Positions 56,183-64,000 of a stretch of 64,000 bases of DNA are shown in pieces. The notes beneath the pieces were generated by a model. It worked only from the letters and a program-made list of their open reading frames with translations, was not told the DNA's origin and searched no databases. Position numbers and translations under genes: made by a program. Source of the stretch: Burkholderiales bacterium (GTDB lineage: Bacteria > Pseudomonadota > Gammaproteobacteria > Burkholderiales > SG8-39); NCBI GenBank assembly GCA_046153355.1, contig JBJXEY010000388.1, positions 9,342-73,341 on the forward strand. Direction: 5' to 3'. The first letter of the stretch is position 1. Every line of letters begins with the position of its first letter.

Positions 56183-56782
56183 TTAATCCGGCAGATGCGC
56201 GATGTGACGCTCGATCCACTCGGGATCATCGAATAAGGTCTCGAGTTCCTCTCGCGCACCCTTCTTCGTCATGACTAGGTCGTCAATGACGGTCGGGTCG
56301 TCGGGACCGGAGCGGTGCCAAGTGACTTCCAGGCGAATTTTGTTTGGATCGAAAAAATACATCGACTGGGCGCGTTTGCCAAAAATATCGATCGGCCCCA
56401 GGTAAGGAATGGCGCGCGCGTCCAGCCGACGTTTTACCTCGATGAAGCCGTCGTGGCTTGCGGTGAACGACACATGTTGCATGCCGCCCAGGGCGTCGCG
56501 ATCAGTTTGCGCCTTGACGCCCTTGGGCATCTCGAAAAAAGCGAGCACGTCGTCGTTGCCCATGTCGAAGAAGTAATGGCGGATGCGCTCAAAGGGCGGA
56601 TTGCCGCGATTCTCAGGCCCGGTCCCAAGTCCGTCACTTACTTTCATTGCATGCACCAGGCGAATGCCGAGCACCTCCGCATAAAAATCCATGGTGAGCT
56701 TCATGTCCTCGGTGACCAGCGCCAGATGATTGACACCACGCAGCCCCAGTTGAGTCTTGGTCGCTCGAACGGGATTCTCCAT
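56183..56782 (-). CDS. VOC/glyoxalase family protein
   Basis: NHLALV, FFE, QHVSF and YFFDPN.IRLE; AAGGAG RBS. Confidence 0.88.
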   Translation of the reverse strand: MENPVRATKTQLGLRGVNHLALVTEDMKLTMDFYAEVLGIRLVHAMKVSDGLGTGPENRGNPPFERIRHYFFDMGNDDVLAFFEMPKGVKAQTDRDALGGMQHVSFTASHDGFIEVKRRLDARAIPYLGPIDIFGKRAQSMYFFDPNKIRLEVTWHRSGPDDPTVIDDLVMTKKGAREELETLFDDPEWIERHIAHLPD

Positions 56783-56850
56783 ACCATTCTCCTTTTCACG
56801 GGTTGATTCGTCCCCGCATCCGCCATTCTCATACAATGGGACCGCAATCT

Positions 56851-56868
56851 CACAATTTTTGCATTGTG
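56851..56868. promoter_or_regulatory. Palindromic operator candidate
   Basis: CACAAT-N6-ATTGTG between divergent VOC and Bug genes. Confidence 0.35.
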
Positions 56869-56896
56869 GCGCGTCTCGACCACTTAAGGAGGTAAG

Positions 56897-57856
56897 GTGC
56901 AAATTTACTCCCTGTACAACGCCCTGGCACTGACCGCGTTAGCTGAAATGGCCGCCGCCCAAGCGCAAAGCTATCCGAGCAAACCGCTGCGCATGATCGT
57001 TCCCTTTACCCCAGGCACCACCGACACACTTGGCCGCTCCTACGCACTGCGCGCGCAAATGGGCCAGCCCGTGGTGGTTGAAAACGTCCCCGGCGCCAGC
57101 GGCTCCATTGGTTATTCGCGCGTCGCCAAGTCGGCGCCGGATGGCTACACCATCACCATCGCCTCGACCGGCACCTTCGCGGTGAGCCCGAGCTTCAACC
57201 CGAAAATTGGCTACGACCCGCTGAAAGATTTCGAGGCCGTGGCGATGTTCGCGCGCCTGCCTATCGTATTGGTGGCCAAGCCGGCGGCGCCGTTCAAGGA
57301 TATCGGCGAGTTCATCACCTATGCGCGCGCCAACCCCGGCAAGCTCAACTATGCCTCGGTGAGCCCCGGCACCACCTCACACATCCTGGGCGAGATGCTG
57401 AAGCTCCAGACCAAGACGCAGATCGTGCACGTCCCCTACAAGGGCGGGTCGCCCGCCATCGCGGCCATCCTGGGCGGCGAAGTGGATCTGTTGTTTTCCT
57501 CGCTGATCGAAGCGATTCAGTTCATCAACACCGGAAAGATGCGAGCGCTGGGCATGGCCGACGCGAAACGCGCCTCGGCATTGCCCAATGTGGCAACACT
57601 GACCGAGCTTGGATTGCCCTTGGACACGCCCATCTGGTATGGCATCTTCACCCCGGCCGGAACGCCGCCTGCGGTGGTGCAGCGCCTCGCCGCAGACGTG
57701 CTGCGCATGGCCGCCACGGACGAGATGAAACAATTTCTCGCCGGGCAGGGCGCGGAACCCGCAAGCCTTGGCCCGGATGCGTTTCGTGCGCTGGTGACGA
57801 GCGAACTGGCGAAGTACCAGCGGGTGGTCAATGAAGCGGGAATAAAAACGGAATAA
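56897..57856 (+). CDS. Bug/TctC substrate-binding protein
   Basis: TAAGGAGGT RBS, GTG start; PGTTD, GTTSHI and HVPYKG motifs. Confidence 0.93.
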   Translation: MQIYSLYNALALTALAEMAAAQAQSYPSKPLRMIVPFTPGTTDTLGRSYALRAQMGQPVVVENVPGASGSIGYSRVAKSAPDGYTITIASTGTFAVSPSFNPKIGYDPLKDFEAVAMFARLPIVLVAKPAAPFKDIGEFITYARANPGKLNYASVSPGTTSHILGEMLKLQTKTQIVHVPYKGGSPAIAAILGGEVDLLFSSLIEAIQFINTGKMRALGMADAKRASALPNVATLTELGLPLDTPIWYGIFTPAGTPPAVVQRLAADVLRMAATDEMKQFLAGQGAEPASLGPDAFRALVTSELAKYQRVVNEAGIKTE

Positions 57857-57860
57857 CCGC

Positions 57861-58322
57861 TTAGTTTCCGGGCCACCCTGGCGAACGCAACATGTATTGG
57901 CCGCTACGAGATGCGAAGCGCCACCCCTCTGCGGTTTTTTTGAAGCAATCAGAATAAAGGATGGTCTGAATATTCGACATGGGATCGAAACGCTTGACCC
58001 CCTCGGCGTTATCCCGAGAGCTAAAGACCAGCGCGTAACAGGTTGAGTTCACTTCGCCGGCTTCGACCTTATGCGGAACGAAATTGGAAACGAAATGCAT
58101 GCCGGTTCTCATGGCAGGTCCGCTTTTCTTCGGGCCGTCCTTCATCAATTGCTCCTTGATCCCCTGCGGCCCAAGCAGGTCGTGGCCGTGACGGTTCCAG
58201 ACACCATCGGGCAAAAACAAGTTGCCCAGTGATTCGAAATCGAATTGATCGAGGTAGTAGCCAAACGCGTTACATAGTTTCAGGCATTCCCACTCGATCG
58301 ATTGGCGCTCGGTTATTTCCAT
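57861..58322 (-). CDS. SnoaL/NTF2-like protein
   Basis: YYLD..D....LF..DG.W, H..SN and Y.D......GWRF..R motifs. Confidence 0.82.
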   Translation of the reverse strand: MEITERQSIEWECLKLCNAFGYYLDQFDFESLGNLFLPDGVWNRHGHDLLGPQGIKEQLMKDGPKKSGPAMRTGMHFVSNFVPHKVEAGEVNSTCYALVFSSRDNAEGVKRFDPMSNIQTILYSDCFKKTAEGWRFASRSGQYMLRSPGWPGN

Positions 58323-58500
58323 TTTTTCCTCACGTTTTAATTCGTTATCCAATTGCATAACTGAAGACTACTAAATGCGGAGGTTGAGGTAAATTCAATT
58401 CTAGATACGGAGACTCTCATTCCAACGCAAGTATCATGCGCGCTGCAATGGGGTGCAGGGTCATTAAAATTGCGAACGCCTAAAAAAAGGAGACTGAGAT

Positions 58501-59478
58501 ATGTATAGCCTAGTCGGCGCCGTAGCGACGGCAATGCTATCGATTGTATTCACCGCCGTTTCCCCGGTATTCGCGCAAAGCTTTCCTTCCAAGCCAGTGC
58601 GCATCGTTGCGCCCTTTCCACCTGGCGGCCCGGTGGATGCGCTCGCACGGGTGCTGGCGCCAAAACTCTCCGAGTACTTGAAACAGCCAGTAATTGTTGA
58701 CAACCGCCCCGGCGCGGGCGGCAATCTTGCGGCGGACCTGGTGGCGAAATCCGCGCCCGATGGGTACACCATTTTGATGACACCCAATGGATTGGCGATT
58801 AGCCCGGTGCTGTATCGCAAGCTGCCGTTCGACCCGGCCAAGGACTTCGCCGCAGTTACGCAGCTGGTGGATTCGCGACAGATTCTCGTCGCGCGCGCCG
58901 GTCTGGCGGGCAGCGTGCGCGAGTTCATCGCCTTGGCTAAAGCAAAACCCGGCGCGCTTAATTCCGGCACTGCGGGCATCGGCAATTCGCTGCACATGAC
59001 CATGGAGATGATTACCTCGGCCACCGGCATCGACGTGCTTTCCGTGCCCTACAAGGGTGAACCAGCCATCGTGCTCGCACTGCTCGCCGGCGAAGTGGAT
59101 GTCGCAGTACTACCCACATCGGGCGCGCTGTTGCAACACTTCAGAGCGGGGCGGTTACGTGCACTCGGACACACCAGCGCCAAACGCGTGGCGGAACTGC
59201 CCGACATACCCACCATTGGCGAGGATATTCCAGGGTTCGTCGCGGGAAGTTGGCAGGGCTTTTTCGTGCCGGCCAAAACACCCAAGGCAGTGATCGATCT
59301 CATTCAAGCCGAAACGGCGCGTGCCCTGCAACACCCCGAGGTACGCGACCATATTCTTGCCGGTGGCGGGCGCGATATCGTTGCCAGCCGGCCTGAGGAG
59401 TTCGATGCCCTATTTAAGTCTGACCTGGCGAAGTTCGCGCGCATCGGCCGCGAGGCGAAAATTCCATTTCAGGACTAG
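58501..59478 (+). CDS. Bug/TctC substrate-binding protein
   Basis: FPPGGPVD, DNRPGAGG and VPYKG motifs. Confidence 0.95.
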   Translation: MYSLVGAVATAMLSIVFTAVSPVFAQSFPSKPVRIVAPFPPGGPVDALARVLAPKLSEYLKQPVIVDNRPGAGGNLAADLVAKSAPDGYTILMTPNGLAISPVLYRKLPFDPAKDFAAVTQLVDSRQILVARAGLAGSVREFIALAKAKPGALNSGTAGIGNSLHMTMEMITSATGIDVLSVPYKGEPAIVLALLAGEVDVAVLPTSGALLQHFRAGRLRALGHTSAKRVAELPDIPTIGEDIPGFVAGSWQGFFVPAKTPKAVIDLIQAETARALQHPEVRDHILAGGGRDIVASRPEEFDALFKSDLAKFARIGREAKIPFQD

Positions 59479-59538
59479 TAAATTACTGATGAAGTACGTC
59501 AAATAAGCATAGTCAAAGACAAATCTTAAGGTTTTATT

Positions 59539-60030
59539 ATGACAACCAGCGCTGAAATGATTCCCGTACCACTGATTGAGCCGCGTAATCAATCCTCCGT
59601 GGTGAAACCTTTCGTGTTGTCGCACGGGACGCTGGAGTGCGTAAGCCTTGTCGAAACGCGCAAGTTCTACGAAGAGTTCCTCGGTCTGGAATGCGTGCGC
59701 CACGGCAAACGCAGCATGGTGATCCGCTGTGGATTGAAGTTTCACATTGCCTGTGTGGAACGTGGTGACAAGTTGAAACCGGTGCATATGCTCAACCATT
59801 GGGGCGTGGATGTGCGCACCCGCGAGGAAGTGGATGCCGCGCGCGAAGCGGCGCTACGGCTAAAGGACCTCTACAAAATCCGCGAAGTACACAAGGCCCT
59901 GGATCAACACGGACTGTATTCGTTTTACTTAGTCGATCTTGATCAGAACTGGTGGGAGATCCAGTGCGGCCCGAAAGGCTTTCGCCATGACGAGTTATTT
60001 GAAGGTGGCGAGAAGTTCGGCATGGAGTAG
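59539..60030 (+). CDS. VOC/glyoxalase family protein
   Basis: SHGTL...FYEEFLGL, NHWG and HG.YSFY..DLD.NWWE motifs. Confidence 0.82.
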   Translation: MTTSAEMIPVPLIEPRNQSSVVKPFVLSHGTLECVSLVETRKFYEEFLGLECVRHGKRSMVIRCGLKFHIACVERGDKLKPVHMLNHWGVDVRTREEVDAAREAALRLKDLYKIREVHKALDQHGLYSFYLVDLDQNWWEIQCGPKGFRHDELFEGGEKFGME

Positions 60031-60142
60031 GTGGGGGCGCACCACGATCACGTTTATGAAAACGCCAACAACTGCGTGAAGCAAAGCCGAGGTGAAATGG
60101 GCGGTAACGGCTAACAGCGGATAATTGACCTCTCCGCGTCCG

Positions 60143-61390
60143 TCAAGTCGTCCAAAGCTCGGAAAGTGGCACCGCCAGCACACGACTATCCGAGGTCGGC
60201 AGGATGCTCGTCCCGGCATGCAGAATCATCCCCCCTTTGAAATAGCGTCCGCACTGTTCGGCCAGCCGTCGCATGCCTTGACCGTCAGAGGGGGTGAGTG
60301 TCGCGGCGGCTTTCACTTCAACGCCCCATGTCTCACGACCACGTGTGATCACCAGATCGACCTCTACTTGGTCCTTATCGCGGTAGTGCCAGAAACGCAG
60401 GTCGGGGTCGGTCCATTCCGCTTGGGCAATCAATTGCTGAATGACAAACGATTCGAGCAGGTGCCCGAAACGATTCATGTTCGTCAGCCAGTCGGTCTCG
60501 ACAAGCCCTGCGAGCGTGCTCGCTATGCCGCTATCAACGATGTGGATTTTGGGCGCTTTCACCAGACGCCGCGCATCGCTTGAATGCCAACCGGGGAGCC
60601 GCCGTATCAAGAACAAGCGTTCCAGCGCCGCGAGGTTGTTCTGCACGGTTTCCCGGCGGATAGCGAGATGCTTGGCCAGAGACTCGATATTCAGAAGCTG
60701 CGCTGTCTGTAGCGCGAGGTAAGAGAGGATATTTTCAAGCTGATCGAAACTACGCAGATTCGCGGCATCGCGCGCGTCGCGCTCTATGATGGCTGCCAGA
60801 TAGTCCCGATGCCACTGTCGTACGCGCGCCAGTCGCGCTCTGCGGATGGCTTCCGGGTATCCGCCGCGCAGAACTCGATCAATCAACTCATCGGTGGACA
60901 GCCTTTTAGAACGGATGTTGCCCTTCAAGCGACCGCCAATCATCGCGGCGAGCAGGCCACCAGGCTTGCGTTCCTTTTCCGCCTCAGTAAGCGGATGCAG
61001 TCGGATCAGCGCCATGCGCCCCGCCAGCGACTCGCTAACAGAGGGCAGCAGCAGCAAATTCGCGGATCCGGTCAGCAAAAATCTTCCGGGCTGGCGCGCC
61101 TCGTCAACAGCCATCTTGATCGATGGAAGAAGGGCTGGCGCGCGTTGTATCTCATCGAGCGTGGCGTTGTCCGGCAATGCTGCGACAAACCCACGCGGGT
61201 CCAAGGCCGCACGTTCGCGCAGGGTATCGTCGTCCAGAGAAAAATACGGCCGACCGGGAAAGGCTCGCCTGGCAAGCGTGGACTTGCCGCATTGCCGCGG
61301 GCCGAGGAGGCAGACCACGGGCGTGTCGGTCATTGCCTCGGCGAGCGGCGTGGCCATGTGGCGAGCGAACCAGTCGGCGGAAGCGTCCAT
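60143..61390 (-). CDS. AAA_14 ATPase with wHTH and DUF4143 (PD-(D/E)xK-like) domain
   Basis: GPRQCGKST, LDEIQR, LTGS, ESLAGR, GGYP and EVDL...EVK motifs. Confidence 0.92.
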   Translation of the reverse strand: MDASADWFARHMATPLAEAMTDTPVVCLLGPRQCGKSTLARRAFPGRPYFSLDDDTLRERAALDPRGFVAALPDNATLDEIQRAPALLPSIKMAVDEARQPGRFLLTGSANLLLLPSVSESLAGRMALIRLHPLTEAEKERKPGGLLAAMIGGRLKGNIRSKRLSTDELIDRVLRGGYPEAIRRARLARVRQWHRDYLAAIIERDARDAANLRSFDQLENILSYLALQTAQLLNIESLAKHLAIRRETVQNNLAALERLFLIRRLPGWHSSDARRLVKAPKIHIVDSGIASTLAGLVETDWLTNMNRFGHLLESFVIQQLIAQAEWTDPDLRFWHYRDKDQVEVDLVITRGRETWGVEVKAAATLTPSDGQGMRRLAEQCGRYFKGGMILHAGTSILPTSDSRVLAVPLSELWTT

Positions 61391-61446
61391 ATTGCTATTA
61401 TAGCGCCGTCCATATTACTATTAGCAATGCGTCCATATTACTATTA
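61384..61446 (-). repeat. Three 17-bp direct repeats with 23-bp period overlapping the DUF4143 start codon
   Basis: CGTCCATATT(G/A)CTATTA at 61384, 61407 and 61430. Confidence 0.9.
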
Positions 61447-61555
61447 GTTATACGGCTATTCCACTATCGGAGCCTCGTCGCAATGCACCAATACACCACA
61501 AGCGCCGGCACAACGGTGTGCGCCGTTCAAGAGTGCGGCACGGTGTGAACGCTCT

Positions 61556-62623
61556 CTACTCGCGCGACACCTGAATATTGGCCGCCTTCACCACCTCGGG
61601 CCAAACACGGAACTCGGTCTCCAGGCGCTTCGCGATATCCGCCATGCCCGTGCCCACCGGCACGAAATTCATCGCCTTCAGCTTGGCCGCGAAGTCGGGA
61701 CTCTTCACCAATCCCGTCACCTCGCGCTCGATCACCGCGAGCACCTCGCGCGGGGTCTTGGCCGGCGCGTAGATGCCATGCCAGCCCTCTTCGAAATCCA
61801 GATCCTTGGCACCTGCCTGTGACAGAGTCGGCACATCAGGCAGCGACTCAAGCCGCGTGTGATCCAAGGTCGCCAACGCGCGCATCTTCCCGGCGCGCAA
61901 GAATGACGCCACCGCCTCGGGCGACTGGATGAGAAACTGCACCTCGCCGCCCAGCATGCCGCGATTTGCCGGCGCGCTGCCCTTGTAGGGCACGTGGGTC
62001 ATCTTGATGCCTGCCTGCGTCGACAGAAGTTCGGTGAGCAGATGGAAGGAGTGGCCGATGCCCGGCGAACCGTAGAACAACTTACCCGGCTGCTGACGCG
62101 CGAGTGCGAAGAACTCACCCAGCGTGTTCGCCTTGACATCAGGCGGGATCACGATCAGCCGGGGATTACGCGCGACCACCGCCACACCGATCAGATCACG
62201 TTGCGCATCGTAGGGCGGCTTGGGATCGAAGTTCCGGGCGATGGTAATTGGGGTAGAGCCGCCGTACAGAATGGTGTAGCCGTCGGGCGCCGCCTTGACC
62301 AGAGCGTTCACTCCCATCTGCTGCGCCGCCCCGATAACATTCTCGACGATGACCGGCTGCCCGAAGCGCTGCGAGAGGCCCTGGGCGACGCTGCGCGCGG
62401 GGATGTCCAAACCACCACCGGGCTCGGCCGGCACGATGATGCGCACCGCTTTGTTTGGGAAGGTCTGCGCCAGCGCCGATGAGAGCGGCGCGAATACCAG
62501 CGCGCCTGTTAGTAGCGCGCCTGTTAGTAGCGCAACGGTTCGCAGCGAAAATTTGCGCGGCGAAATTATAGGTAGCGAAACTGCGGCGCCTGAGCGGCGC
62601 CCGCTAACAAGCTTGCGATTCAT
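61556..62623 (-). CDS. Bug/TctC substrate-binding protein
   Basis: AAGGAG RBS; EPGGGLD, GHSFHL and HVPYKG motifs. Confidence 0.92.
   Translation of the reverse strand: MNRKLVSGRRSGAAVSLPIISPRKFSLRTVALLTGALLTGALVFAPLSSALAQTFPNKAVRIIVPAEPGGGLDIPARSVAQGLSQRFGQPVIVENVIGAAQQMGVNALVKAAPDGYTILYGGSTPITIARNFDPKPPYDAQRDLIGVAVVARNPRLIVIPPDVKANTLGEFFALARQQPGKLFYGSPGIGHSFHLLTELLSTQAGIKMTHVPYKGSAPANRGMLGGEVQFLIQSPEAVASFLRAGKMRALATLDHTRLESLPDVPTLSQAGAKDLDFEEGWHGIYAPAKTPREVLAVIEREVTGLVKSPDFAAKLKAMNFVPVGTGMADIAKRLETEFRVWPEVVKAANIQVSRE
62499..62533. repeat. 15-bp tandem duplication within the signal-peptide coding region
   Basis: agcgcgcctgttagt x2 plus agcgc, encoding ALLTG-ALLTG-AL. Confidence 0.85.
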
Positions 62624-62766
62624 GGCGTGTCTCCTTGTCGTTGGGAACGGGCCGCAGACCTTGACTCCCACTTTCGGATACCGGGTGTGGCAGGCGACCA
62701 TCTGGCACGCAGTCACAGTATCACAAGGCAGCGGGAGTACAGGCGAGGGTCATTGGTACGACGGGA

Positions 62767-62836
62767 TCGATACGAGCGGCTCGAAACGACCGTATCGATA
62801 CGAGCGTTTCGATACGAGCGGCTCGATGCGACCTAC
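62767..62836. repeat. Intergenic 14-bp tandem repeat, 5 copies
   Basis: tcgatacgagcggc / tcgaaacgaccgta / tcgatacgagcgtt / tcgatacgagcggc / tcgatgcgacctac. Confidence 0.85.
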
Positions 62837-62959
62837 GCTTGCACTCGCTTGCCTGCTTCGCCACAATGCGTCGGCGCCATCGAATTTTTTTGACGGCGCA
62901 TGATTCTTAACGGTGCATCGTTCTTGATGCGCACTGGCAATTCCACCAAGGAGAGCCCG

Positions 62960-63955
62960 ATGCCGTTCATGCAAATTCCCATACTCACACCTATTCGCCA
63001 CGCCATGGCGCTCGCCGTCTGCGCCCTCGCGGCAATGCCCTGTGCATCGCTGGCCCAGTGGCCAGACAAGCCGGTGCGGCTGTTTGTGACGGTCGGCCCG
63101 GGTGGCGCGGCCGATACCTTGTCACGCAACGTCTCCAGCGGCTTTTCTCAATTCGCCAATGGCCAGCCGCTGGTGGTGGAGAACCGCGTCGGCGCCGGTG
63201 GCACCATCGCCGCAGCGGCGGTCGCGCGCGAGAAACCCGACGGCTACACGCTGTTCCTCGCCGAGGTCGGGCCCAATGCGGTGTCGCATACGCTGGCCAA
63301 ACTGCCCTACGACCCGCATACCGCGTTCACGCCTATCGTCCATCTCGCCAACCTGCCGGCGGTGGTGCTGATCCGCGCCAACCTGCCGCACAGGACGCTT
63401 GCGGAGTTCGTCGCCGCGGCTAAACAGCAACCGGGCAAGTTCAACTATGCCTCGGCGGGATTGGGCAACTGGACGCACCTGTACATGGCCTACCTCAATA
63501 GCCGCGCCGGTATCGACCAGGTAAACATTCCCTACAAGTCCGGCGCCGAGATGCTCACCGCGCTACTGCGTGGCGATGCCGACACCGCCATCATCACGGT
63601 ATCCACCTCGCTCGGGCAGGTGCGCGACGGCAAGGTTCGCGCGCTCGCGGGTTCCGCCTCGCGACCGATGCGGCAACTACCCGATGTGCCACCCACCAGC
63701 GATACCCTGCCCGGGTTCGATGTCAGCGTTTGGCACGGCATCGTCGGCCCGGCTGGAATGGATGCTGGGCTGGTGGCACGCGTCAACGGCGTCTTTAATC
63801 AGATCCTGCAGACACCCTCGGTGCGCACTGCGATTACCGAGGGCCAGGCTGCCGATATCATCGGCGGCACGCCACAGCAGTTCGATACCTTCATCAAAGG
63901 CGAACTCAAGCGCTGGCCCGAGGTAGTCAGAGCAGCCGGTATCAAGCCGGAATAA
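62960..63955 (+). CDS. Bug/TctC substrate-binding protein
   Basis: AAGGAG RBS; GPGGAAD, ENRVGAGG, GNWTHL and IPYK motifs. Confidence 0.93.
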   Translation: MPFMQIPILTPIRHAMALAVCALAAMPCASLAQWPDKPVRLFVTVGPGGAADTLSRNVSSGFSQFANGQPLVVENRVGAGGTIAAAAVAREKPDGYTLFLAEVGPNAVSHTLAKLPYDPHTAFTPIVHLANLPAVVLIRANLPHRTLAEFVAAAKQQPGKFNYASAGLGNWTHLYMAYLNSRAGIDQVNIPYKSGAEMLTALLRGDADTAIITVSTSLGQVRDGKVRALAGSASRPMRQLPDVPPTSDTLPGFDVSVWHGIVGPAGMDAGLVARVNGVFNQILQTPSVRTAITEGQAADIIGGTPQQFDTFIKGELKRWPEVVRAAGIKPE

Positions 63956-64000
63956 CTAATCAACGATCTTGAGTAGCGGCCTGCCGACACCGAAATTCCC

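Noticed and set aside
60060-60125. attC-like end (GCTTCACGCAGTTGTTGGCG on the minus strand) downstream of DUF4143
   Set aside because: No matching RYYYAAC inverse core, no extended hairpin and no integrase.
61384-61446. Possible CRISPR array
   Set aside because: Spacers are only 6 bp; better explained as binding-site repeats.
62767-62836. Possible mini-CRISPR
   Set aside because: 14-bp units without unique spacers and no cas genes; kept as a tandem repeat.

Overview
GC-rich window, most likely from a betaproteobacterium (Burkholderiales-like, inferred from gene content). It is dominated by 20 Bug/TctC-family periplasmic solute receptors (one cut by the window edge) plus one fragment. No TctA/TctB permease or catabolic transcription factor is present. 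The receptors are interspersed with aromatic and organosulfate catabolic enzymes: two FAD monooxygenases, an amidase, two arylsulfotransferases, an arylsulfatase, an MhpB-like dioxygenase, an FAH-family enzyme, a divergent LeuCD, two UbiD, an OphC-like decarboxylase, a LigI-like hydrolase and an HpcH aldolase. Accessory elements are a SmaI-like type II R-M system, Xre/RES and HipBA-like toxin-antitoxin pairs, a decaying TPR-glycosyltransferase/TIGR03032/cysC locus and an AAA-DUF4143 gene with a 23-bp-period repeat array. The strongest novelty candidate is an operon of two cupins (apparent split bicupin) plus a CDC48/p97-like double-AAA ATPase with a His-rich N-domain and a natural Walker-B E->Q substitution in D2. 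A ~130-nt structured RNA candidate lies upstream of a Bug cluster. No rRNA, tRNA, CRISPR array, transposase or integrase was recognised. All calls come from reading motifs by eye; no database searches were run.
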